From: Chiloscyllium plagiosum
Lineage: Eukaryota
NCBI RefSeq assembly: GCF_004010195.1
Contig: NC_057718.1
Coordinates: 85,822,283 to 85,886,282, forward strand
Direction of reading: 5' to 3'
DNA length: 64,000 nucleotides
The notes under the pieces are model-generated. The model was not told where the DNA came from. It searched no databases and saw only the letters and a program-made list of their open reading frames with translations. Below, piece after piece: positions 25,476-37,929 of this stretch; position 1 is the first letter of the stretch, and each line of letters begins with the position of its first letter. The translations under genes and the position numbers were made by a program.

Positions 25476-26742
25476 CTGATCAGGTGTACCCGAGAACTCT
25501 GTAGAAAGCTAGAGAAGTGATTGCTGGGCCTCTTGCTGAGATATTTGTATCATCGATAGTCACAGGTGAGGTGCCAGAAGACTGGAGGTTGGCAAACGTG
25601 GTGCCACTGTTTAAGAAGGGTGGTAAAGTCAAGCCAGAGAACTATAGACCGGTGAGCCTGACCTCGGTGGTGGGCAAGTTGTTGGAGGGAATCCTGAGGG
25701 ACAGGATGTACATATACTTGGAAAGGCAAGGACTGATTTGGGATAGTCAACATGGCTTTGTGCGTGGGAAATCATGTCTCACAAACTTGATTGAGTTTTT
25801 TGAAGAAGTAACAAAGAAGATTGATGAGGGCAGAGCAATAGATGTGATCTATATGGACTTCAGTAAGGTGTTCGACAAGGTTCCCCATGGGACACCGATT
25901 AGCAAGGTTAGATCTCATGGAATACAGATGGAGTTTAATTTAGATAAATGTGAGGTGCTGCATTTTGTGAAAGCAAATCTTAGCAGGACTTATACACTTA
26001 ATGGTAAGGTCCTAGGGAGTGTTGCTGAACAAAGAGACCTTGGAGTGCAGGTTCATAACTCCTTGAAAGTGGAGTCGCAGGATAGTGAAGAAGGCGTTTG
26101 GTATGCTTTCCTTTATTGGTCAGAGTATTGAGTACAGGAGTTGGGAGGTCATGTTGCAGGCTGTGCAGGACATTGGTTAGGCCACTTTTGGAATATTGCA
26201 TGCAATTCTGGTCTCCTTCCTATTGGAAAGATGTTGTGAAACTTGAAAGGGTTCAGAAAAGATTTACAAGGATGTTGCCAGAGCTGGAGGATCTGAGCTA
26301 TAGAGAGAGGCTGTACAGGCTGGGGCTGTTTTCCCTGGAGTGTTGGAGGCTGAGGGGTGACCTTATAGAGGTTTACAAAATTATGAGGGGCATGGATAGG
26401 ATAAATAGACAAAGTCTTTTCCCTAGGGTCAGGAAGTCCAGAACCAGAGGGCATAGGTTAAGGGTGAGAGTGGAAAGATATAAAAGAGACCTAAGGGGCA
26501 ACTTTTTCACGCAGAGGGTAGTACATGTATGGAATGAGCTGCTAGATGATGTGGTGGAGGCTGGTAAAATTGCAACATTTAAGAGGCATTTGGATGGGTA
26601 TATGAATAGGAAGGGTTTGGAGGGATATGGGCTGGGTGCTGGCAGGTGGGACTGGATTGGGTTGGGATATCTGGTTGGCATGGACGGGTTGGTCCGAAGG
26701 GTCTGTTTCCATGCTGTACTTCTCTATGATTCTATGACTCTA
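25476..26742 (+). mobile_element. CR1 LINE, 5'-truncated, internal deletion at 25927; unedited reference for the 60468 copy
   Basis: VVPLFKKGG, NYRPVSLTSVVGK, YMDFSKVFDKVPH, LEYCMQFWSP; tail ctatgattctatgactcta. Confidence 0.92.
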
Positions 26743-27878
26743 ATTAGTATTAGATTTGGAGGTAGGTGAGCACTTTGGTGATAGTGACCATAATATGGTT
26801 ATGTTTACTTTAACAATGGAAAGGGATAGGTATATATCGCAGGGCAAGAGTTATTGCTGGGGAAACGCAATTATGATGCGATTAGGCAAGATTTAGGATG
26901 CATAGAATGGAGAAGGAAACTGCAGGGAGTGGGCACAATTGAAATGTGGAGTTTATTCAAGGAATAGCTACTGCATTTCCTTGATAAGTATATACCTGTC
27001 AGGCAGGGAGGAAGTGGTCGAGTGAGAGAGCCGTGGTTTACTAATAAAATTGAATTTCTTCTCAAGAGGAAGAAGGAAGCTTATGTTAGGATGGGACATG
27101 AAGGCTCCTTTAGGGTGCTTGAGAGTTACAAGCTAGTCAGAAAAGATCTAAAGAGAGAACTAAGAAGAGCCAGGAGGGGACATGAGAAGTTGTTGGCAGA
27201 TATAATCAAGCAAAACCCTAAGGCTTTCCATAGGTTTATCAGGAATAAAAGATTGACTAGAGTAAGATTTGGGCCAATCAAGGACAGTAGTGGGAAGTTA
27301 AGCATGGACTCCGAGGAGATAGGAGAAGCGCAAAATGAATATTTTTTGTCAGTATTCACACTGGAGAAAAGACAATATTGTTGAGGAGAATACTGAGATA
27401 CAGGCTACTAGACTAGGCGAGATTGAGGTTCACAAGGGAGAGGTGTTAGCAATTCTGGAAAGTATGAAAATAGGTAAGTCCCCTGGGCCGGATGGGATTT
27501 GTCCTAGGATTCTCTGGGAAGCCAGGGAGGAGATTACAGAGCCTTTAGCTTTGATATTTATGTTATCATTGTCTACAGAAATAGTGTCATATGACTGAAG
27601 GATAGCAAATGTTGTCCCCTTGTTCAAGAAGGGGAGTAGGGACAGTCCTGGTAATTATAGACCAGTGAGCCTTACTTTTGTTGTGGGTAAAGTGTTGGAA
27701 AAGCTTGTAAGAGATAGGATTTATAATCATCCAGAGAGGAATATGTTGATTAGGGATAGTCAACACGGTTTGTGGAGGGTAAGTCATGCCTCACAAACCT
27801 TATTGAGTTCTTTGCGAAGGCGATCAAACGGGTGGATGAAGGCAAAGCGGTTGATGTGTATGTGGATTTCAGTAAGGT

Positions 27879-27980
27879 GGAAGTTTCCTGAAGAAGGGCT
27901 TATGCCTGAAACGTCAATTCTCCTGTTCCTTGGATGCTGCCTGACATGCTGCGCTTTTCCAGTAACACATTTTCAGCTCA
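27879..27980 (+). mobile_element. Mini-Penelope-like element with hammerhead, inserted into the CR1 DFSK motif
   Basis: ctgaagaagggcttatgcctgaaacgtc; TSD gatttcagtaaggt (27865-27878 / 27981-27994). Confidence 0.85.
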
Positions 27981-29989
27981 GATTTCAGTAAGGTATTTGA
28001 TAAGGCTCCCCATGGTAGGCTATTGCACAAAATACCGAGGCATGGGATTGAGGGTGATTTAATGGCTTAGATCAGAAATTGGCTCGCGGAAAGAAGACAG
28101 AGGGTGGTGGTTGATGGGAAATGTTCATCCTGGAGTTCAGCGGTGTACCTCAATGATCTGTTTAGGGCCCACTGCTGTTTGTCATTTTTACAAACAACTT
28201 GGATGAGGACGTAGAAGGATGGATTAGTAAATTTGCAGATGACACTAAGATCGGTGGAGTTGTGAACAGTGCCAAAGGATGTTGAGGTTACAGAGGGACA
28301 TAGATAAGTTGCAGAGCTGGGCTGAGAGGTGGCAAATGGAGTTTAATGTTTGAGATCATTCGTTTTGGAAGGAGCAACAGGAATAAAGACTACTGGGCTA
28401 ATGGTAAGATTCTTGGCTATGTAGATGAATAGAGAGATCTCAATGTTCATGTACATAGATCCCTGAAAGTTGTCACCTAGGTTGATAAGGTTGTTAAAAA
28501 GGTATATGGTGTGTTAGCTTTTATTTATAGAGGGTTTGGGTTTCAGAGCCATGAGGTCACGCTGCAGCTGTACAAAACTCCGGTGCGGCCGCACCTGGAG
28601 TATTGTGTACAGTTCTGGTCACAGCATTGTAGGAAGGATGTGGAAGCTTTGGAATGAGTTCAGAAGAGATTTACGCAGGATGTTGTTTGGTATGGAGGGA
28701 AGGTCTAATGAGGAAAGGCTGAGGGACTTGAGGTTGTTTTCATTCAAGCGAAGAAGGTTGAGAGGTGACTTAATTGAAACATGTAAGATAATCAGAGGGT
28801 TAGATATGGTGGATAGTGAGAGCCTTTTTACTCTGATGGTGATGGCGAGCATGAGGGGACATAGCTTTAAATTGAGGGATGATACGTATAGGACAGATGT
28901 CAGAGGTAGTTTCTTTACTCACAGTAGTAGGGGCATGCAATACACTGCCTGCAACAGTAATAGACTCACCAACTTTAAGGGCATTTAAATGGTCATTGGA
29001 TAGATATATGGATGAAAATGGAATAGTATAGGTTAATGGGCGTCAGATTAGTTCCACAGGTTGGTGCAACATCGAGGGCCGAAGGGTCTGTTCTGCACTG
29101 TAATGTTCTATGTTCTATGTTCTGGTTGCCCTGCTTTAGGGAGGATAATATTATTTGGAGAGGATTGAGAAGAGATTTACAAGACTGTTACTGGGAGCGG
29201 AGGGTTTGAAATATAAGGAGAGGCTGGATAAGCTGGGACTTTATTTCACTGGAGTGCAGGAGGTTGAGGGGTATAAAATGGAGGTTTATAAAATCTGAAG
29301 GGGTATGGGTAAGATCTTTTCCCTGGAGTTGGGGAGTTAAAAACTAGAAGGTATAATTTTAAGCTGAGAGGCGAAAGATTTAAAAGGGACCTGAGGGGCA
29401 ACGTTTTCACACAAAGGGTGGTTTGTATGTACAATGTATTGCCAGAGGCAGTGGTTAACACAGGTACAGTTACAAAGTTTAAAATACTTTTGGACAGGTA
29501 CATGAATAGGAAAGGTTTAGGGGGATTGGGTCAGACACAGGCAAGTGGGAATCTTTTAGTTTGAGAAGATTGGTTAGGGTGGACAAGTTGGACCAAAGAA
29601 CCTGTTTCTGCGCTGTACATCTGTATGACTCTGAGACCCACTGCTCCCTCTCTGCAATCAAATTCATGCTTAATCTGAGCTATGGCATGTGCAAAGTAAT
29701 TCTTGAGAGGGACAGCTTACTTGTGACCCATGGCTTCAGAAACTCTTCATCACTAGGTTCCTTCACATCATTTCCATGTCTGGTGGGTTCTAATTAATAG
29801 AGACTGATTGCCCTGGCTATTCAGCAACTCCTGCTGTTATTCCACCATGGGACTACCAGAATAACTAGATATAACTTGGTCTTTTAACATCAAACAATTC
29901 CTCTGTTCCTATTATACTTATGGACCATCCTGGAGATCAAGGGTAAACCATATACTTCCCTTCCCTATCACAAACCTACTGCCACAACC

Positions 29990-30320
29990 CTTAGTAATTA
30001 TTATGACAAGAGGAAACTTTCCCTCCTGGTTCTTCCTGACCTGTTTGCGGGCTTTGACAATGTTGGCTATACCATCCTTCTCCCTTGCCTTTCCCCTGTT
30101 GTCGAGTTGGATTTTACTGCTCTCACATGCTCCCGTTCTCATCCAATCACAGCCAGAGAATCACCTGCAATGGTTTCTCACCCTGCTTATGCACACTTAC
30201 CTCGGGTGCCCTTCAAAGATTGATCCTTAGCTCCCTCTTATTTCCCATCCACTTGCTAGTCTTTGAGAAAACAGTGTTCATTTTTACATGCATCCTGATG
30301 ATGTCCTGCTCTATTACCCA
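29990..30320 (+). mobile_element. Old L2-like LINE RT fragment (further pieces at about 31600-31840 and 33160-33430)
   Basis: cttcctgacctgtttgcgggctttgacaatgttggctataccatccttctc resembles LDLSAAFDTVDH; gggtgcccttcaaagattgatcctt resembles GVPQGSIL. Confidence 0.5.
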
Positions 30321-30336
30321 GCTGGCACCATATCCC

Positions 30337-30487
30337 CCAGGCAGAAGTAGGTACTGCAGATGCTGGAGATTCGAGTCAGGAAGAGTCAAACCATTTCTGA
30401 TGAAGGGCTTTTGCCTGAAACGTCGATTTTCCAGCTCCTCAGATGCTGCCTGACCTGCTGTGCTTTTCCATCACCACTCTAATCTTG
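30337..30487 (+). mobile_element. Mini-Penelope-like element with hammerhead and a short inverted tail
   Basis: ctgatgaagggcttttgcctgaaacgtc; TSD accatatccc (30327-30336 / 30488-30497). Confidence 0.8.
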
Positions 30488-30589
30488 ACCATATCCCTTC
30501 AGCCAATTACCTTCACATTAACCTTACACGCTAATCTTCACACTTAACACCTTTACCTAACCTCACTAGCTTGTGAGAGAGGCTTACTT

Positions 30590-30955
30590 GAAGAATGAGG
30601 GGCCGTCTTATAGAAACCTCTAAATTGCTAACAGGACTAGGCAGGGTAAATGCAGGAAGGATAATCCCAACAAGTGGGGAGTCCAGTATCAAGGGTCACA
30701 GTGTAAGGATACAGAGTAGGCCATTTAGCACTGAGATAAGGAGAAATTTTGCCACAAATGAAAATGGCGAGCCTGTGAGAATCTCTGTCCCAGAGAGTGT
30801 TCAGGTCAAGAGGAGATAACTAGAATTCTTAGGGCCAAAGGGATCAAAAGAAATGGGAGAAAGTGGGAACAGGGGGTGAGCAGCCATTATCGAATCGAGT
30901 GGCACAGCAGAATCGAAGGGCTGAATGGCCTATTCCTGCTCCTATTTTCTATGTT
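30590..30955 (+). mobile_element. CR1 LINE 3' fragment
   Basis: MRGRLIETSKLLTGLGRVNAGR; 3'UTR gaagggctgaatggcctattcctgctcc. Confidence 0.7.
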
Positions 30956-31261
30956 TCCAAAACAGCAGCTATTGTTCTGTGGCTTCAGTGAAGGTACACT
31001 CTGACACTGTCTGCCTGATGTGCATCTGCTTTGGAGGCTGGTATCAGAAAGACGTATGAAGGTAAGAAAGGTACCTCTTGTTCTGATCTGGTTTGGAATT
31101 AGGGATCCCAGTAAAGATTAGAAGATTTGCGTATTGCTTTTAGTCCCCACTCCAACTGTTCTAGATACCAACTCCATCCTGCTCCCTGTATCAATCTGAG
31201 AGTAAGCCAGTGTGTTAAAGTTGATCCCCAGGTGAGTTTCCATCTTTGTATTCACACCTGT

Positions 31262-31590
31262 GGGCGGCACGGTGGCACAGTGGTTAGCACTGCTGCCTCA
31301 CAGTGCCAGAGACCCGGGTTCAATTCCCGCCTCAGGCGACTGACTGTGTGGAGTTTGCACGTTCTCCCCGTGTCTGCGTGGGTTTCCTCCGGGTGCTCCA
31401 GTTTCCTCCCACAGTCCAAAGATGTGCAGGGCCAGGTGAATTGGCCATACTAAATTGCCCGTAGTGTTAGGTAAGGGGTAAATGTAGGGGTATGGGTGGG
31501 TTTCGCTTCAGCGGGTCGGTGTGGACTTGTTGGGCCGAAGGGCCTGTTTCCACACTGTAATGTAATCTAAAATCTAATCTAAAATCTAAA
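31262..31590 (+). mobile_element. Full-length young HE1-type V-SINE
   Basis: gggcggcacggtggcacagtggttagcactgctgcctcacag; B box ggttcaattcc; CR1-like 3' end gggccgaagggcctgtttccacactgta; (aatcta)n tail. Confidence 0.9.
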
Positions 31591-31854
31591 ACCTCAGACT
31601 GCCTATTTGCAGGTCTGTAACAATGCTTGACAAATGCTCAACCGTAACCATAACCTTAACCCTGCCTCAATTCATCCTCCGAGGCCATCATTCCTTACTC
31701 CGTTACCTCTGGTCTCAACAATTCTAACATACGTCTGGTTGTTTTCATACATTTCACCTTCCAGAATCTTGAAGTAATCCAAAACTGTGCTGCCCGTGTC
31801 TTAATTCAAAGTGAGTCCCATTTACCTCTGGCTCCCAGTCAAGTAATGTCTTCG

Positions 31855-33150
31855 GAAGATGAGAACAGGAGTAGACCATTTAGCCTGTCGATCCTGTTGC
31901 ACCGTTCAATATGATAATGGCTGATTGAGCACTTCAATGCCTTTGGAATACCGTATCCCCGTAACCCTGTATGACACCCTGTAATCAGAAATCTAGCAAT
32001 CTCTACCAGAAACATACTGAAGGACTGAGCTTTCACAGCCCTGTCTGCCAGAGCTGAGTAAAAGGGTGGCACGGTGGCTCAGTGGTTAGCACTGCTGCCT
32101 CACAGTGCCAGGGACCCAGGCTTGATTCCAGCCTCAGGCAACATCTGTGTGCAGTCTGCATGTTCACCCCGTGTCTGCGTGGGTTTTCTCCAGGTGCTCC
32201 AGTTTCCTCCCACAGTTCAAAGATGTACAGATTAGGTGGATTGGCCATGCTAAATAGCCCATAGTGTCCAGGGATATGCAGGCTAGATGGGTTAGCCATG
32301 GGAAAATGCGGGATTACAGGGATAAGATTGGGGGGAGGTGGGGGGGTGGGTTGGAATTGAGGGTGTCGGTGGATGGTTAGGTCTGAATGGGATGCTCTTT
32401 GGAAGGTCAGTGTGGACTCAATGGACCGAATGGCCTACTTCCACACTGTAGGGATTCAATGACTCCAAAAGAAAACTGTCCTCATCTCAGACAGAGGTTG
32501 TTGAGGAAATTCTGACACAAAATTGCCCTTAATTTTAAATTGTATTCCCTAGTTCGACACTTGTCAATCAAAGGAACCTACATCAAACTTGTCTAACCCT
32601 TTCAGTATTTTGTAGGTTTCAATGCCATCACCTCTCATTCTTAGAAACTCGATAGTATACTGGCTCAGTTTTCCCCAGTTTCTCCTCATAGGACATCCCT
32701 GACAACCTGGGAACAAACCTGGTGAATCCTTGCTGCACTTCCTCTGTGACAATAACACCCTTCCTGAGATAAAGAAATCAAAATTGCACACAGCGCTCCA
32801 GTGTAGTCTAATCAAGCTTTGAGAGAATTGAAACAAACCTTCACTACCGCTGTACTCACATCCTTTTACAATAAAGGCCAACATTGCATTAATGTTCCCA
32901 ATAGCTCGCCACATCTATATGTTAGCCTTCAGTGACTTATTGGCAAGGATACCTAAGTCCTTTAATACATTTGCAATCTCTAACCTCTTCCCGTTCAGGA
33001 AATGCTCTGCGTATCTGGTTCTCCTCCCGGGATAATCTACATTTTTGCACAATATATTCCATCTGCCATGCTCTTGCCCATTCACTAAGCCTGTCCACGT
33101 CTTCCTTTAACATCTTCCTCATGACACACATTCCTACTTCACTTTGCAAC
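31855..33150 (-). mobile_element. Old CR1 LINE 3' fragment interrupted by an HE1 SINE (32064-32465, +)
   Basis: EDVDRLSEWARAWQME; NAMLAFIVKGCEY; RMRGDGIETYKILKGLD. Confidence 0.75.
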
Positions 33151-33990
33151 ATGATTTGACTTGGTCTAATTCTTATCCTTGCTTTCCAATCCCTCCTGTC
33201 TCTGAAATCTGCTCCAGATCCACAATCCTCCTGGATATCTATACTGATCTAATTCTCATCTCTTGCATATCATCAGTTTTAATCCCTCCACTATTGTGGG
33301 CTGTGCCTTAAATTGCCTTACCCCCAAACTGTCAAATAGCCTCTGTGCACATCCCTGCCTCTTTACTTCACTTTCCTCCTTTAAGAGATTGTTTAAAACC
33401 TAAATCTTTGACCATGCTTCTGGTCAGCCAGCACAGAATGTGACTTGCTGTCATATTTTGTAATGCTTCAGTGAAGCCCCTTGGGACAAATGAGCTCTTT
33501 ACATAAAGGTTGCTGGAACTCAACATTTGTTGTAGAAATTCATCAGCTACCTCTGCCTCCTCCATCATATTTGTTTTCCTGTCATGTGTCTCACTGTGCC
33601 CGACAAGTTAAATTCATGATGTTACTTTTGCTTTCAGCACTGCCTTGGGCTAGTTCCATCCCAGTCCAAGTAACCTGCTTCAGCTACATTGCCATCACTG
33701 CTTTCCTGCTCCCTCTGCTCGACTTTTGTAGGCTTGGCTTTCAGTCATCGATCCCTTTCTCTGGAAGTTTATCTCTTTCCACGACAGACCTCCAAAGTTG
33801 TTCACCTACTTCCCTTCGTTCATCCTTCCGTTTGTGCTCAGTCCGTTGTAAAGTGCACTGAGGCATTCAGTCTTGCTTTTGCTCTGACTGAGTCAGAGGT
33901 GATTCCTGAATACATTACAGGCTTCATTTTGTGAAGCTACCTTCTAATCTGGGGTCCAGTTGGATTGGAGTGACGGGTCTAGTATGAATG

Positions 33991-34207
33991 AAAACAAAAA
34001 CAGAAATTGCTGGAAAAGCTCAGCAGGTCCGGCATCTGTGGAGAGAAATCTGAGTTAATGTTTCGGTTCCAGTGAGCCTTTCTCAGAACTGGACTCGAAA
34101 AGTGAATTCTGATTTCTCTCCACAGATGCTGCCAGACCTGCTGAGCTTTTCCAGCAATTTCTGTTTTTGTTTCTGATTTCAAGTGTCTGCAGTTCTTTTG
34201 GCTTTTA
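33991..34207. mobile_element. Palindromic mini-Penelope-like element (older subfamily)
   Basis: aaacaaaaacagaaattgctggaaaagctcagcagg / cctgctgagcttttccagcaatttctgtttttgttt; TSD tctag(t/c)atgaatg (33978-33990 / 34208-34220). Confidence 0.8.
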
Positions 34208-35029
34208 TCTAGCATGAATGGAGTTGTCTCCAAATCTGCACTTTGCAATTAATCGAACACTCTGAACCGTACAGTTGTCGTCCTAATGCAACAAACACAG
34301 CAACCAGATCACATTCAGCAAATCCCCACAAGTAGCAACTTGTTACTCAGCATTGAATTGACCTGAATGATATTATGGGGGTGGGGGTGGGGGTGGGGTG
34401 TACGTATTGACCAGAACCTCCCTGCTCTTCTGTACAATGCTGTGGGTTTTTATGTGCCCACGTGAGAGACCTCAGCTGAACAAAAAAAACATTGAGAAAG
34501 TCTTGCATTACAATGAAATAATAACACATTCTTTTGCAAATGTTGTCTTGGTTTATTTACTTGAGGTGTTAATCCAGGTATTTCACACCAGTGGAGAGAG
34601 GTGTCTCAGATGAATGCATTAAGTGCTTGTATATAAGTATTCTAGAGAATAATTGCGGGAACTTTGACCCTCAGCTCATTTTGGCCAGTACTGTAATTGA
34701 TATTGTGTTCTTTTGACAGTATGCTGCTCCCAAATCCTCCATAGTAATCACTGGCATTTTTCCCACTTTCAGTATCTACCTTGCTGTTCCTACATTGAAT
34801 ACCATCTGTACTATCTTACCAACCCAAGCAGAATGTTCTACATTAACCTTGATATCATCTTCCAACTCCAATATGTCTTCCTTTACTCAAAGCTGAATAT
34901 GTAGGAAAACAGTGAATGAATTATGAGATGACTATCTCTTTGACAGCAGCTATTCTCAACCCTATTACAAAACTGTGACTGTCAGACCAAGTGTGTATTC
35001 AATGCCGGATTTCTGATCAAAGACCGATT

Positions 35030-35342
35030 GTACCCCAATAATGCTCTCCTACAACCTCTTCCAAGAGGCAAAAGATACAGAAGCCTGAACACACGCACCA
35101 GCAGGTTTAGGAACAGCTTCTTCCCGGCTGTTATAAGACTGACGAATGGACTCTGTCACCTTAAATAATGCTGATCTTGCTAACGTTGATCTCGCCTAGT
35201 GCACACCCTGTGCAATGTAACTTGTATGCCTCTGTTTAAGTCATTTTGACTTGTATATCCTTGCTTACTATGATATTCTTGTACTGCTCGTAAACAAAAC
35301 TTTTCACTGTATCTCAGTACACGTGACAATAAATCAATCAAT
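35030..35342 (+). mobile_element. Rex1/Babar-like LINE 3' end
   Basis: cgcaccagcaggtttaggaacagcttcttccc; tail gacaataaatcaatcaa. Confidence 0.7.
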
Positions 35343-37410
35343 TTCTTTTTAAAGGAGAAAACAGCTCAGAAGAACAAGAATGTATCACCTCTCAAGGCTC
35401 CAGCCCAGAAATTCCTGCTAGTGTCACAGTAAGAGGTGAGGGTACTCGAACCCAGGCTTTTATTTATGTTATGCCCTCAGCATAACTAGATGGCCCAGGA
35501 CATTTCAGAGGAGCATTTTCAAGATATCTCTGACTCTGAACCTCATAAAAATTTTTGGGATGGGTGGCGAAAAGCTCAGTCAGAGTGAAGAAATACAATG
35601 ATGTGCAAGAGGCCTGACATGTGGGACAGCAAAGCTACCAGAGGATGACAGGGCTGGATGAGGTTATGGAAATAGGAGATGTTAAGCCCATAGAGGGATT
35701 CTAACACAAGATTGAAAATTTTAAATTTGAGGTGTTGCCAGACCTGGAATCAATTTAAGTTGGTGAACGCAGGGGATGATTAATGAACTTCGGTGTGAGT
35801 TAGGACGTGGATAGCAGAGGTTAGGATAAGCTTCAGTTTTTTTAAGCTTGTGAGGTGGACAGCAGATCATTTAATATGAGAATTGAAAGGGCTGGAAGCG
35901 TTGGACAGAAGGGATAAGCATGCTGTTGGGCTGATTAAAGAAATGTCAGCACAGAGGAACAGTGCTGAAGCCTTGGACACAGTGATGGAGAATGCTATGT
36001 CAGCCAAAGACAGGGTGTTAGCAAGACCCATTTGGAACTCGACCGGAATCTTAACCAGCTCAGTGTCTCCACAAGGATCTATGCCAACAGCTATCTGGCA
36101 ATTGATTCAACTCTGCTGTCACTTTGAGATGGAAGTGTATCTTCTTAAGCATTGGCAAAATGATAGCAAATTAATCCTGCTTGAAACGTGTAAACTCGGA
36201 GACATGGTTAGCAACAGCTAGCGACCAGGGACTCTGTATGGGATCTGTTCACCTGAATATGTGCATGGGCCCCCAATAAAATGTTGATTCATTGATTTTG
36301 CACTCGAAACTATTTGAAAAGACATTTATATCCATTGCACACTGACTGACATTGAGTCCCAGTCAAGGGAAGACCCCTTTCTAAAATAAATTCTATTCTG
36401 TGTGTTCATTTCCCTCCATGGCCTTGTCCATCCTCATCTTCCAGGTAACAACCATTGGAACTTCCTGTGATGCATCATTTCTGCTGGCCTAATGTGCTTC
36501 CCTCTTGTTTTTTTTTGCTCCTGTTAGCTGTGCCTTCAGCGGCCTACATCCCAAAAACTGGAATTACGCCCTAAAAACCCCTTTATTGCTTCACAGCTCT
36601 CTCTTTTGAGACACTCTTTAAAGCTTACGTATTTGTCTAAATTCTTGACACCTCTAACTGTTTTTTCAGTCAAGCTCCCCTGATGCACCTTAGGACATGT
36701 TTCTCCATGAGAAGTTAAACGTCAATGTAAATTTCTGCTTCTAAATACTTGGGGCATCTGGACTGAAAGTAACAAACTATAGGTTACAAGGGGAATATTA
36801 ATCAGCACTTTGAACAATTGACATTTCTAGAGGACAGTGTTACAGAAAGTCAATAGAGCTAATGTAGCAACGCATTGTACCACAGAAAAGGCTCAACCAT
36901 CATTTTCAGTAGCTTGTACTCAATACTTAGAATGTTACAGAGTTGGTGAAATGGAAGAAACATGATTACAGTATGTAGACATTGAATGCAGGATGTTGCA
37001 AAGAGAAATGTGTTAAGCTTATGGTGGTGTAGTTACTCTGCTGTTGTGCTGTTATTCCAAAGAAAGTACACAAAAATTGGACCATGACAACTTGAAAGTT
37101 TTGATCATGTATAAAAAAAAGTCAAAAAATCCTAGACTCAGTTAAAATTATTAAGGATCTGTTGGAATCTTGCAAAGATCTAATCGGTTCACTTCTCTTC
37201 AGTCTGGACTAAACATGAGTATAGTCCATGTTTGTCTTTCAAAACAGGCTCTTGAGCCATCCATTTCTGTCAAAGCACTACTGGTATTCTGTAGAATTAC
37301 AAATGATATACAGCCTAGAAACAGCCCATTTGTCTTAACAAGCACATTCCCAATTTTCTCTGACAGTAAATTTTGATATCATTTTGCACTCAGTGGAAAT
37401 GAACCGATGT

Positions 37411-37606
37411 TGAGAGTGTGTTGCTGGTAAAGCACAGTAGGTCAGGCGGCATCCGAGGAGCAGGAAAATCGACATTTCGGGCTGGAGCCCTTTGAAACAT
37501 CAATTTTCCTGCTCTTTGGATGCTGCCAGACCTGCTGTACTTTTCCAGCAACACGCACTCTCGACCCTGATCTCCAGCATCTGCAGACCTCATCTCAGAC
37601 CTCCTA
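37411..37606. mobile_element. Palindromic mini-Penelope-like element
   Basis: Inverted arms gagagtgtgttgctgg / ccagcaacacgcactctc; imperfect 16-bp TSD ggaaatga(a/g)cc(g/a)atgt (37395-37410 / 37607-37622). Confidence 0.75.
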
Positions 37607-37929
37607 GGAAATGAGCCAATGTCATATTCACTCACTTGTGATCATCTGTGTTCAAAAGTGCTCAATGCAAAAATGACCCCGTTTTCTCCTGCAGCTGTGA
37701 TTTTAAACAATTCCTCCCCTTTCCAATGTTGGAAGCTTTCTCTTATCTCATCCATGCTAATTAGACCCCTGCACATCTGATATGAAAAGATACCTTGACC
37801 TCTGGCAAAGTTGTTTCACATCTCTCCTTTTCAGGATCCTCTTAATTCCATGAGTGTAACATAGATCTAAGCATAAGCTTTATAGGCATTATTACGGGTA
37901 CAAAGACGACACCCATTCTACTTACTGTG

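Larger units (their letters stand above)
25015..29635 (+). mobile_element. Nested CR1 cluster: outer 3' fragment (25015-25245 + 29120-29635) split by a second CR1 (25246-25475 + 26743-29119), itself split by a third CR1 and a mini-Penelope
   Basis: Outer reading resumes across the insert (gagtactgtatacag|ttctggttgcc). Inner EN resumes LDLVLG...|GEHFGDSDH. RT motifs KSPGPDG, NYRPVSLT, KFADDTK. Confidence 0.8.

Noticed and set aside
31262..31335. tRNA gene
   Set aside because: The A/B boxes belong to the tRNA-derived head of an HE1 SINE.
35883..36221. 112-aa ORF in non-repeat sequence
   Set aside because: No recognisable domain or convincing splice context.
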